From: Devosia sp.
GTDB lineage: Bacteria; Pseudomonadota; Alphaproteobacteria; Rhizobiales; Devosiaceae
DNA length: 64,000 bases
Direction: 5' to 3'
NCBI GenBank assembly: GCA_035549855.1
Contig: DASZPY010000014.1
Span: 1,015 to 65,014 of the forward strand
Shown: piece by piece, positions 19,968 to 28,775 of the stretch
Numbering within the stretch: position 1 is the stretch's first letter
Layout: each line of letters opens with the position of its first letter
Program-made: the position numbers and the translations under genes
The notes under the pieces: generated by a model
Told to the model about the DNA's origin: nothing
Databases searched by the model: none
What the model saw: only the letters and a program-made list of their open reading frames with translations

Positions 19968-20452
19968 GCTGCGAATCCTCCAGCGGGCGGCCAATGTTCC
20001 GTGTCGTGATCGGGATGCTGGTGGCTGACGATGCCGACGAGAAACTCATCGGCCTTGGGCGTGTCGCCGGGCTGGCGAACAGGCAAGCTCGTGAGCTGGT
20101 CGAAGAAACTCAACTTGTCGCCGGGATTGACCTGCAGAACCGGCGCAACCTGTTCCGGGTCGTCGAAAGCACCGATGGCAAGCTCGATCGCGGATGCGCC
20201 GAAATCGTAGGCGAGCGGCGTGCCGCATTGAGCGCAGAAGCCGCGGCGCACCTTGTTGGAACTCTGGAACCAGGCGGGCTCGCCGCGTGTCCAGGTGACG
20301 CCATGGGCAGTGACCAGCGGCCCGAAGAAGCTGCCGAAGGCCTTCTGGCACATGCGGCAATGGCAGATCGTCGCGCGCCCTGCCCGCTTGACGGCAAAGC
20401 GCACGGCGCCGCACTGGCAGCCGCCGGTAAGCGTGGGCCTAGCGTCGGACAT
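19964..20452 (-). CDS. GFA family protein (tandem paralogue)
   Basis: GGCQCGAVRF, CHCRMCQK, FCAQCGTPL. Confidence 0.9.
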   Translation of the reverse strand: MSDARPTLTGGCQCGAVRFAVKRAGRATICHCRMCQKAFGSFFGPLVTAHGVTWTRGEPAWFQSSNKVRRGFCAQCGTPLAYDFGASAIELAIGAFDDPEQVAPVLQVNPGDKLSFFDQLTSLPVRQPGDTPKADEFLVGIVSHQHPDHDTEHWPPAGGFAA

Positions 20453-20804
20453 GACAGACCGCTTCGATGTTGTGGCCGTCGGCGTCGAGCACAAAGGCTG
20501 CGTAGTAATTCTCGCTGTATTCGCTGCGGATGCCGGGCGCGCCATTGTCCTTGCCGCCGGCGCCGAGCGCTGCCTTGTAGAAGGCATCGACCATGGCAGG
20601 TGTGTCTGCGCGAAGAGCGAGATGGACATGACCCGGAGAGCCCTCACCCACCCAGAGGAACGGATAGTCGGCGCCAAACCCAACGACCGTTCCGTAGTCC
20701 TGAAGGATCTGCAGACCGAGCGGCTTCAGCGCGGCGACGTAGAATTTGCGCGCCTGCTCGAAGTTGGTGACGTTGATTCCGACGTGGTCAACGCTCGTGC
20801 TCAT
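20439..20804 (-). CDS. VOC/glyoxalase family protein
   Basis: [39 protein letters not shown]. Confidence 0.9.
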   Translation of the reverse strand: MSTSVDHVGINVTNFEQARKFYVAALKPLGLQILQDYGTVVGFGADYPFLWVGEGSPGHVHLALRADTPAMVDAFYKAALGAGGKDNGAPGIRSEYSENYYAAFVLDADGHNIEAVCHVRR

Positions 20805-22300
20805 CGTTTGATCTCCCATGTCGTTGTGCGGTTACCGGCGGCGTCCTTGCCGTCCATCAACTGGATGCCCTGCGTGAGAAGGTCGGCGCGAATTTGGTCG
20901 GCCTTGGCAAAATCTCTGCCGTTGAGCGCGGCGAGACGCTCCGAAATGGATGCCTGCACCCGCTCGTTAAGAGCAACATCGAGTAGTACCCCAAAATTTG
21001 CCACCCCTTGGCTGTTCAACTCGATCTCGGCGAAACCAAGAAGTTCGAGAGTCACGTGAAAGGCAGCGGCCGACTGCTCGTCACCTTTTGCTCCTTCCGC
21101 CCCAAGGCGGTGCAGGTCGGCGATTAGCGGCGACAAATTGAGATCGTCCAAGATCGGGCTACCCGAAGGTATGCGAGCCCTAAGCGCCGCAAGGTCACCC
21201 CCAAATCGCTCGTTGATAGCCAGCTTAGCGTCGGCCCACTTAGCAACGATCCTCGACGCCTCCTCCAATCGTGCGACGGCGAGATCGATCGGCTGGCGGT
21301 AGTGTGTCATCAGCATCGCGAGGCGCAGCACTTCGCCAGGCCATGACCTGCCGCCGAAATTGGTGCCGTCAAGCAGCTCGCGGATGGTGAAGAAGTTGCC
21401 GAGCGATTTCGACATCTTCTGGCCTTCGACCTGCAGGAAGCCGTTGTGCATCCAATAGCGCGCCATCGTCTCAGTGCCGTAGGCGCAGCGGGACTGGGCG
21501 ATCTCGTTTTCGTGGTGGGGGAAGATGAGGTCGAGGCCGCCGGCGTGGATATCGAATTGATGGGGATGCATCCGACCCTCCGCAGATAGCCGGCCTTCCA
21601 CCTCGTCCCAAAGGTAGCGCTCGCTCATGGCCGAGCATTCGATGTGCCAGCCGGGGCGTCCCCTGCCCCAGGGCGAGTCCCAGCCGGGCTCTTCGGCTGA
21701 ACTCTGCTTCCACAGCACGAAGTCAGCGGGATTGCGCTTGTGGGCATCCACCGCGACCCGGGCTCCCGCGAGGTTCTCCTCGAGGTTGCGGCCGGAGAGC
21801 GCGCCATAGTCCGGCATGGATTTGACGTCGAACAGCACTTCGCCCGCGGCCTCGTAAGCGTGGCCGCGCTGCTGCAGCGAGCCGATGAGGCGCTGCATCT
21901 CAGGGATGTTGTCGGTCGCGCGCGGCTGCACGGTCGGTTCGAGACAGCCGAGCGCTGTTACATCCTTCTGGTACTGCACAGCCGTCGTCTCGGTGACCTT
22001 GCGGATCGCTTCATTGAGCGGCAGGCCCGGATAGTCCCGTGCGGCCCGCGCGTTGATCTTGTCGTCCACGTCCGTGATATTTCGGACATAGGTGACATGA
22101 TCGGCGCCATAGACGTGGCGCAGCAGGCGGAACAGCACATCGAAGACGATTGCGGGCCGCGCGTTGCCGATATGGGCGAAGTCATAGACAGTGGGGCCGC
22201 AGACATACATGCGCACATTGGCCGGGTCCAAGGGGACGAAATCCTCCTTGCGCCGGGTCAGCGTGTTGTAGAGCCGCAATGTCGGTCCGGCCTCGGCCAT
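20801..22300 (-). CDS. cysS: Cysteine--tRNA ligase
   Basis: [34 protein letters not shown]. Confidence 0.97.
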   Translation of the reverse strand: MAEAGPTLRLYNTLTRRKEDFVPLDPANVRMYVCGPTVYDFAHIGNARPAIVFDVLFRLLRHVYGADHVTYVRNITDVDDKINARAARDYPGLPLNEAIRKVTETTAVQYQKDVTALGCLEPTVQPRATDNIPEMQRLIGSLQQRGHAYEAAGEVLFDVKSMPDYGALSGRNLEENLAGARVAVDAHKRNPADFVLWKQSSAEEPGWDSPWGRGRPGWHIECSAMSERYLWDEVEGRLSAEGRMHPHQFDIHAGGLDLIFPHHENEIAQSRCAYGTETMARYWMHNGFLQVEGQKMSKSLGNFFTIRELLDGTNFGGRSWPGEVLRLAMLMTHYRQPIDLAVARLEEASRIVAKWADAKLAINERFGGDLAALRARIPSGSPILDDLNLSPLIADLHRLGAEGAKGDEQSAAAFHVTLELLGFAEIELNSQGVANFGVLLDVALNERVQASISERLAALNGRDFAKADQIRADLLTQGIQLMDGKDAAGNRTTTWEIKR

Positions 22301-22393
22301 GGACAATCCTCGCCTTCAACGCGTCACGCGCTGGCTGCGGGGCTCTTCGGGACCAGAGTTGAGGATGAAGAAAACCGCGCCGCCAACAGATGG

Positions 22394-22444
22394 TTAGCAG
22401 CAAATAATCGCGCAGATAATGCAGATCGCACGGGTGGTTTTCAT
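22394..22444 (-). CDS. Putative Cys/Ile-rich leader peptide MKTTRAICIICAIICC
   Basis: ATG AAA ACC ACC CGT GCG ATC TGC ATT ATC TGC GCG ATT ATT TGC TGC TAA, ending 93 nt upstream of cysS. Confidence 0.75.
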   Translation of the reverse strand: MKTTRAICIICAIICC

Positions 22445-22451
22445 GGCCGGC

Positions 22452-22480
22452 AATCTGACTGCGAACCGCCCCGAAAGCAA
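22452..22480 (-). promoter_or_regulatory. Putative sigma70 promoter giving a leaderless transcript
   Basis: TTGCTT-17 nt-CAGATT-7 nt-ATG; no Shine-Dalgarno before the sORF. Confidence 0.45.
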
Positions 22481-22527
22481 GGGGGCGGCCCACGGAGGAT
22501 GAACGAGACGGAAAGAGCCCGGAAAGC

Positions 22528-23001
22528 CTAGCGTCCGCGGTAGGTCTGGTGGCACTCGCCGCAGATTTGGGTCAGGCCGCGAACGGCATCCCCATAGGCG
22601 AGGTCGTCCTCAGCCAGGGCCGCCTCGAGCATTTTCGTGGCGCCGAGCTGGGCGTCCTTGAAGATGCCCTCGAACTCGTCCCACTGCTGCCAGATAATCG
22701 GCAGCGCATGGGAGTCCGGGGTGATCGACCCTTCCCGAAAGAGCGCCGGGAAATTGGTGAAGTTCTGAAGCAGCGTGGTTGCGGCTGCCACCGCGTCGTC
22801 TCCGGTCAGGGCGGCGGCTGTACGGAGGATGCCCCCGTCCTCCTTCATGGCGTCCTGGCGGGCCTTGACCAATTCGTCATTGGTCATGGTCGCGATGGCC
22901 GGGTCGACGACGACTGTCGGGAGCGTCTGGGCCGGGGCCGAGGCGGAGATGGCTGTGAGGGCGATGACGGCGGCTATTGCGGTGATCTTGCTGAGGGGCA
23001 T
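22528..23001 (-). CDS. Cytochrome c' / c556 (class II)
   Basis: Signal peptide, ARQDAMK, ALPIIW, C-terminal CGECH. Confidence 0.9.
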   Translation of the reverse strand: MPLSKITAIAAVIALTAISASAPAQTLPTVVVDPAIATMTNDELVKARQDAMKEDGGILRTAAALTGDDAVAAATTLLQNFTNFPALFREGSITPDSHALPIIWQQWDEFEGIFKDAQLGATKMLEAALAEDDLAYGDAVRGLTQICGECHQTYRGR

Positions 23002-23218
23002 GGGAACCTTCCAGTAGTGGGTCGCGCGCAGGCGGGCATTTACGCTAACAGCTTCAAACGATTGGTCATCCTCACCTCAAAGTTCAGACTGTTCACGAAA
23101 CCGTGAGGAATGGCAGAATATTGCTTCCGTCATGATCGGATGGAACCGTCTCGGTTTTGACCTATTGGAGCAATAACCAACTGCCGCCGGAACGCGGCGA
23201 GATCAGGCGTCGAATTCA

Positions 23219-24322
23219 TTGCTGCGACTTACGCTTCTCTTCATCGCAGTCGTCGCGATGGCCCTCCTGGATGTGGACACGGCCGTCGCACAATCGCGCA
23301 ATTGCGCGACCCTCGCCAACACCCTCGCGGCGATCGAGGGCAACCGCGATTTTCGCAGCCTCGACGACGCACGCGATGAAGCGCGGGCCGCGGAGCGCGA
23401 CGTGCAGCGCGCCGAAAGCGCCTATGTCCGCGAAGGCTGCAACCGCGCTGCCAAAAATGGCGAACCACAGACCCGGCAGTGCCGCGCGCTGGCGCGCCGC
23501 GTGCTCGATGCGCGGGACACCTATCAGTCGGTGTCGCAGTCGCTCGAGACGGGCACGGCCGTCGCCCAGCAGCGTGAAGCAGTCCTGCAGGAGATGGCCC
23601 GCTTCAACTGCAACACGCGGTCTACCGCCAGCGTCAGCCGCGAGCGCGGCCGCGGCAATCTGTTCGAGCAGCTCTTCGACATGTTCGACGGGGTGGGCAC
23701 GCGCGGCGACCAGTTCGAGGGCTATGGCAATTACGAGACGGTCCGCACGGTGTGCGTGCGCAAGGTCGACGGCTATTACTGGCCGATCAGCTATTCCACC
23801 TTGCCGGAGTACGCCCCGAACGATCTGCAGCAATGCATCGAGCAATGTCCGAACATGGATGTCGATCTCTATTACTACGACAATCCGGGGCAGGAGCCGC
23901 AGCAGATGGTCAATTTGAACGGCGAACCGTATTCGGCGCTGCCGACCGCCTTTGCCTACCGGACCAACTATGATCGCGCCAATAGCTGCAAGGCGCCGGT
24001 GAGCTACGGCTCGATCAGCCTCGCGGCACTGCCCGATGGGAACAATCGGGCCATTGTGAGCTTTGCCGATCTGACCTTCCCGCTGCCGCTTCGCGATCCG
24101 AGGCGAACCACGCAGGCGACCGTGGTGGCTGCCGCGGCAGTGAACTATGTCAGCGTGCCTCTCCCGCGGCCGCGTCCCGCGGCACCTGGGGAGACGCCGA
24201 AGCCCGTGGTCGTCCGACAGGCCTCGGCCGATCCCGTGCGCATCGTGCAGTTCGGCGACAAGCGTGTCAGGATAGTCGGTCCCGACACACCTTACGCCCC
24301 AGTAGCGGAAGCAGGGACTTAA
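23219..24322 (+). CDS. Secreted DUF2865-like protein
   Basis: Signal peptide; RTVCVRKVDGYYWPIS, C..QCP, GEPYSALPTAFAYR; C-terminal VRIVGP. Confidence 0.8.
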   Translation: MLRLTLLFIAVVAMALLDVDTAVAQSRNCATLANTLAAIEGNRDFRSLDDARDEARAAERDVQRAESAYVREGCNRAAKNGEPQTRQCRALARRVLDARDTYQSVSQSLETGTAVAQQREAVLQEMARFNCNTRSTASVSRERGRGNLFEQLFDMFDGVGTRGDQFEGYGNYETVRTVCVRKVDGYYWPISYSTLPEYAPNDLQQCIEQCPNMDVDLYYYDNPGQEPQQMVNLNGEPYSALPTAFAYRTNYDRANSCKAPVSYGSISLAALPDGNNRAIVSFADLTFPLPLRDPRRTTQATVVAAAAVNYVSVPLPRPRPAAPGETPKPVVVRQASADPVRIVQFGDKRVRIVGPDTPYAPVAEAGT

Positions 24323-25592
24323 GCTCGGGCCCGTCTTCGCGCCCGGTGAGCGCCAGGCGAAGCGGATGGAACAGCGCCCTGCCCTTGCGGCCCGACTGCG
24401 CCTTCAGGGCGCTGGTCCACGCTGTCCATGTGCTTTCATCCCAGGGTTCGGGAGGAAGCAACTCCGCCGCTTTGGCCAGGAATGCCTCGTCAGCAGTGTC
24501 GGCGGGATGATGCATCTGGTTCTCGAATACGGCCGCCCATGCCGCGACGTCGGAGAATTTGTGGAGATTTGCGCGGAGCAGGTCCCATGCGGCACGGCCG
24601 ATCGACGCCGGCAGCCGAGGCTTCGCCTCTTCATAGGTCATGCCGTGGAGAATGCGCGCGTTGAGACTCTCGAGCTCCGCCGGGTCGAACCGCGCAGGTC
24701 CGAGCGAGATCATCGAAAAGTCGAGCCGCTCCGCAAGCGAGCGCAGGTCGCGATAAGGTTCGACCGGAAGACTGGTGCCTGTCAGCACCGCGACTGCCGC
24801 AACGGCAAGAGCTTCGAACCCGTCCTCGCGCAGATCGCTCAGCGATAGAGACCCGAGACGCTTCGAGAGCCCCTCTCCTTCCGCGCCCGTAAGAAGATTG
24901 TGGTGCCCGAAGGTGGGCACCGGTCCGCCCAAGGCTTCAAAGATCTCGATCTGCGTTCCGGTGTTGGAAACGTGGTCTTCGCCGCGGACGACATGGGTGA
25001 CCGCGAGATCGATATCATCGACCACGGAGGGCAGCGTGTAGAGATACGAGCCGTCACCGCGGATCAAGACCGGATCCGACATAGACGCGGTGTTGACCGT
25101 CTGCGGTCCCTTGATGAGGTCGACGAAGTGAACGGGACGACCATCGAGCCGGAACCGCCAATGCGGTTTGCGGCCCTCCGCCTCGAATGCAGCCTTCTGC
25201 TTGTCAGTGAGCTCAAGCGCGGCGCGATCATAGATCGGAGGCTTGCCCAGTGCGCGCGCCCGGGCTCGCTTTCGCTCAAGTTCGTCTTCGGTCTCGAAGG
25301 CGGGATAGAGCCTGCCTGACGCGATCAATCGGTCGCGCGCGGCCTCGTAGAGCGCAGTGCGATCCGACTGACGGACGCGTTTATGCGGCGCAATGCCGAG
25401 CCATGCGAGGTCGGTGTCGATGCCCCGGGCAAACTCCTCCGTCGAGCGTTCGCGATCGGTGTCGTCGAGCCGGAGAATGTATGTGCCGTTCGACTTCAGC
25501 GCGAAGAGCCAGTTGATGAGCGCGGGGCGCGCATTGCCGATGTGAAGCCGGCCGGTGGGCGACGGCGCATAGCGAACGATCGGTCCGGTCAT
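24267..25592 (-). CDS. gltX: Glutamate--tRNA ligase
   Basis: RYAPSPTGRLHIGN, LRLDDTD, HVVRGEDH, LSKR. Confidence 0.95.
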   Translation of the reverse strand: MTGPIVRYAPSPTGRLHIGNARPALINWLFALKSNGTYILRLDDTDRERSTEEFARGIDTDLAWLGIAPHKRVRQSDRTALYEAARDRLIASGRLYPAFETEDELERKRARARALGKPPIYDRAALELTDKQKAAFEAEGRKPHWRFRLDGRPVHFVDLIKGPQTVNTASMSDPVLIRGDGSYLYTLPSVVDDIDLAVTHVVRGEDHVSNTGTQIEIFEALGGPVPTFGHHNLLTGAEGEGLSKRLGSLSLSDLREDGFEALAVAAVAVLTGTSLPVEPYRDLRSLAERLDFSMISLGPARFDPAELESLNARILHGMTYEEAKPRLPASIGRAAWDLLRANLHKFSDVAAWAAVFENQMHHPADTADEAFLAKAAELLPPEPWDESTWTAWTSALKAQSGRKGRALFHPLRLALTGREDGPELKSLLPLLGRKVCRDRLS

Positions 25593-25813
25593 CCGCCGCG
25601 CATCCCGAGAAAGAAGAGTGCGCCACCTGCCAGGCCCAGAGCCAGGGCCGCGAGTGCGGGCAGACGATTCCGACCGTCCGCCAGCGGCGCAGTGATGCCA
25701 CGGCGCTGCAAGCCATAGCGATCCACGATGAGCGCACTGCCGCCCAGCATCGCGACACCTCCAACGATCATCCACATCTGCAGCGTGATGCCGAGAAATG
25801 TCGCGTCCATCAC
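25589..25813 (-). CDS. Small two-TM membrane protein
   Basis: 74 aa, two hydrophobic helices, 4-bp overlaps with both nadE and gltX. Confidence 0.65.
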   Translation of the reverse strand: MMDATFLGITLQMWMIVGGVAMLGGSALIVDRYGLQRRGITAPLADGRNRLPALAALALGLAGGALFFLGMRGG

Positions 25814-27525
25814 TCGACGCCCTGCCTGGCTGGCGCGCTCGATGTCACAGGCGCCTCGCTGTCATCGCGGTAGCCATTGGTGATCGGATATTTGCGGCCG
25901 ATGCCGAAAGCCTTCTTGGTGAGCTTGACCCCGGGCGCGGACTGTCGCCGCTTGTATTCGGCGACATACAGCATCCTCTCGACGCGCTTCACCAATGCGC
26001 GGTCGAAGCGGCCCTCCCCCTTGGCGACGATTTCGGCGACCGACAGTTCTTCTTCGACGAGCCCCTGCAGCACCTCATCGAGTATTGGATAAGGCGGCAG
26101 TGAATCCTGGTCTGTCTGGTTGGGCCTGAGCTCCGCGCTCGGCGCCTTGGCGATGATCGACTCCGGAATCACTGCGAGCTTTGGGCAGAAGCTTCCATCG
26201 GGGATGTGAGAATTGCGCCAGCTCGCGAGGCGATAGACCTGCATCTTGAGCAGGTCCTTGATTGGATTGAAGCCGCCATTCATGTCGCCGTAGATCGTTG
26301 CATAGCCGACGGCCATTTCGGACTTGTTCCCGGTCGTCAGCAGCAGCGAGCCGAGCTTGTTGGAGACGGCCATAAGGACCGTTCCCCGCATGCGCGACTG
26401 AATGTTCTCCTCGGTCACATCGGGCGGGCGATTGCCGAAGACCGGCTGCAGCTCCGCGAGCGCTTCGTCGACGGGGCTGCCGATCGACACGACGTCGTAG
26501 CGCACGCCAAGCGCCGCCGCGCAATCCTTCGCATCGCGCAGGCTCTCGCCGGACGTGTATCGATAGGGCAGCATCAGGCAGTGGACATTTTCCGGCCCGA
26601 GCGCGTCGGCGGCGATTGCCGCGACGATGGCGCTGTCAACGCCCCCGGAGAGTCCAAGCACGACCTGTTTGAAGCCGTTCTTGCCGACATAGTCCCGCAG
26701 GCCGCGAAGCATGGCCTGCCAGGGCGCTTCTTCGATCGAAGCCAGGGGCACCACCTCACCCTGAGTGCAATGCCAGACGTGCTTGCCGCGCTCCCAGTCG
26801 GAGACGATGAAGTCGGACTCGAAGCTCTTGCCCTGGAAGACCAGCTTGTCCCCGGGCTCCATCGCGAACGAGGCGCCGTCGAAGACAAGCTCGTCCTGAC
26901 CCCCGACCTGATTGAGATAGATCAGCGGGACCTTGTCCTCGCGCGTGCGGGCCCGGACGAGATCGCGCCTCGTGTGCTGCTTGTTGCGCCAGTATGGCGA
27001 CCCGTTGGGACAGAGCAGAAGCTCCGCGCCCTGCTCGACGAGATAGGCGCATACGTCCGGATGCCATATGTCCTCGCAGATGGGCACACCGATGGAGACG
27101 CCCTTGATGGTCAATGGCTCGGGCAACGGCCCTGGCGTGAAATAGCGCTTCTCATAGAACACGTCGTCATTCGGCAATTCCCGCTTGAGCCGCCGCGCCA
27201 CCACGCGTCCATTCTCGACCTGCAGCACTGCGTTGTAGAGGCGCGCGCCATCGCGCCAGATGGTGGGCAGGAGCAGGGTTACGGCAGTACCGGAAGTGGC
27301 CTTCACGAGATTCGCCGCCGTCGCCATTGCATCGTCAATGAATCGCGGCTTGAAGAACAAGTCCTCGGGGAAGTAGCCGGTCAGGAAAAGCTCCGAGAGC
27401 AGCAGGATATCCGCGTGCGCTGCCTGCGCATCGGCAAGCGCCTTCTTTGCCAGGACCAGATTGCCGGCGAGGTCGCCGACTTTGGGATTGAGCTGGGCAA
27501 GCGCGATGCGCAAACGGTCCGTCAC
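25810..27525 (-). CDS. nadE: Glutamine-dependent NAD+ synthetase
   Basis: Nitrilase domain (E, K, ICEDIW) plus GLSGGVDS, TGNKSE, PSAELRPNQTD. Confidence 0.96.
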   Translation of the reverse strand: MTDRLRIALAQLNPKVGDLAGNLVLAKKALADAQAAHADILLLSELFLTGYFPEDLFFKPRFIDDAMATAANLVKATSGTAVTLLLPTIWRDGARLYNAVLQVENGRVVARRLKRELPNDDVFYEKRYFTPGPLPEPLTIKGVSIGVPICEDIWHPDVCAYLVEQGAELLLCPNGSPYWRNKQHTRRDLVRARTREDKVPLIYLNQVGGQDELVFDGASFAMEPGDKLVFQGKSFESDFIVSDWERGKHVWHCTQGEVVPLASIEEAPWQAMLRGLRDYVGKNGFKQVVLGLSGGVDSAIVAAIAADALGPENVHCLMLPYRYTSGESLRDAKDCAAALGVRYDVVSIGSPVDEALAELQPVFGNRPPDVTEENIQSRMRGTVLMAVSNKLGSLLLTTGNKSEMAVGYATIYGDMNGGFNPIKDLLKMQVYRLASWRNSHIPDGSFCPKLAVIPESIIAKAPSAELRPNQTDQDSLPPYPILDEVLQGLVEEELSVAEIVAKGEGRFDRALVKRVERMLYVAEYKRRQSAPGVKLTKKAFGIGRKYPITNGYRDDSEAPVTSSAPARQGVE

Positions 27526-27618
27526 GAGGCTGATCCGAAGCGTGGAAAAAGCGCAAAAAGCCTTATCCGCTCACCCCTTGCGGGGCAAGCGGACAAGGGT
27601 CTCAGGAAGAGCGGCGCG

Positions 27619-28704
27619 TCAGAAGGAGTAGGTCAGTTCGGCCATGAGGCCGTAACGGAACATCGCGAACGGGTTGACGATCTGGATGTAGTTGCTGTTC
27701 ACGACGGTCGGATCGATGTCGTAGACGCCATCGGGTTCGGTGTCGCCGGGATTGCCGATTTGCGCGGCCGAGAAGGTCTGATCGACGGTGCCCTGGATAT
27801 ACCAGGCGCGGCCTCCCAGGCGGAACGCCAGGTCCTTTCGCGGATGGAAACCCAGCCACGCTTCGGCCATGCCGCCATAGCCCCAACCGTCTATTTCCGT
27901 GGGCGACGTACGCATCCAGGAGATGTTGCCGTTGGCGACGCCCGAATAAGGTGCCTGCGCGGGACCTCCATAGACGCTCGTGTCGAACTGCACATCGTCC
28001 ACACCGATGACGCCGGACACCTTGGCGTAGGGCACGCCAGCAAGTTCGCCGCTGATGTCGAAATAATCACCGAGATTGGCCTTGGCTTGGACGCCAAGGC
28101 GCAACATGTGCATGTCGACATAGTTCGGCGCACTGTCACCGGGGACGAAGGTCTGCCCGGTAATGGGATCGTATGTGATCGGAGCGTCGACCACCGCAAA
28201 ATTGTTGCGCCCCGTGTTGGGGGCATCCTGCCAGTATTGATAACCGACCAGCATGCCGACACCGGAGCCCTCATTGTTGCCCCAGGGGTTCCAACCGAAA
28301 TCGGCGCCGACGTAGCCGACATGGCCGTCAACGAGTGTTCCCGAATCCATGGCGGTGGAATAGGTGCCGCCCATCACCATGCTGTAGCCGGCGATGGCCT
28401 TGGCAAAGGTATTGGTGGCGTGGTCTTCGATGCGCAGATGAAGCTCGCCGATGTGGCTCGTGTCTCCCGATGACAGCAGATTGCCTCCGCCGCTGTCGCT
28501 GAAGCCCTGCGCGCCCATCGAGTACCAGTAGCGCACGCCGAACTCGAATTTCAGGGAGTCGTCTTCGTCGCCAAGTCCGGCCCACTGCCCCGGTTCTGTC
28601 GGATAGGAGTCCCGGAACGGCTCGTAGTAGTCGGCCGCGAATGCGGGGGCCGTGATGGCCGTGGCAGCCAATAGGACGGCGACACCCGGGAACGAACGGA
28701 ACAT
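27619..28704 (-). CDS. Putative outer-membrane beta-barrel protein
   Basis: Signal peptide APAFA|AD, aromatic/Gly-rich amphipathic strands, C-terminal LTYSF. Confidence 0.75.
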   Translation of the reverse strand: MFRSFPGVAVLLAATAITAPAFAADYYEPFRDSYPTEPGQWAGLGDEDDSLKFEFGVRYWYSMGAQGFSDSGGGNLLSSGDTSHIGELHLRIEDHATNTFAKAIAGYSMVMGGTYSTAMDSGTLVDGHVGYVGADFGWNPWGNNEGSGVGMLVGYQYWQDAPNTGRNNFAVVDAPITYDPITGQTFVPGDSAPNYVDMHMLRLGVQAKANLGDYFDISGELAGVPYAKVSGVIGVDDVQFDTSVYGGPAQAPYSGVANGNISWMRTSPTEIDGWGYGGMAEAWLGFHPRKDLAFRLGGRAWYIQGTVDQTFSAAQIGNPGDTEPDGVYDIDPTVVNSNYIQIVNPFAMFRYGLMAELTYSF

Positions 28705-28751
28705 GGAACCCTCGGCACTACGAACGCGATGGATCGTTTATGCCCCGTTAG

Positions 28752-28768
28752 GGTTAATGGACCGCTAA
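28752..28768 (-). promoter_or_regulatory. CtrA-like box
   Basis: TTAG-N7-TTAACC about 50 bp upstream of the OMP gene. Confidence 0.45.
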
Positions 28769-28775
28769 AGCGCGC

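Noticed and set aside
23111-23124. TGGCAGAATATTGC as a sigma54 promoter
   Set aside because: GG-to-GC spacing is 9 nt rather than the required 10.
26206-28473. 755-aa plus-strand ORF, and similar long antisense ORFs at 4989-6386, 13059-14546, 52047-53732 and 61831-63354
   Set aside because: Each lies opposite a clearly identified gene and has no recognisable domain.
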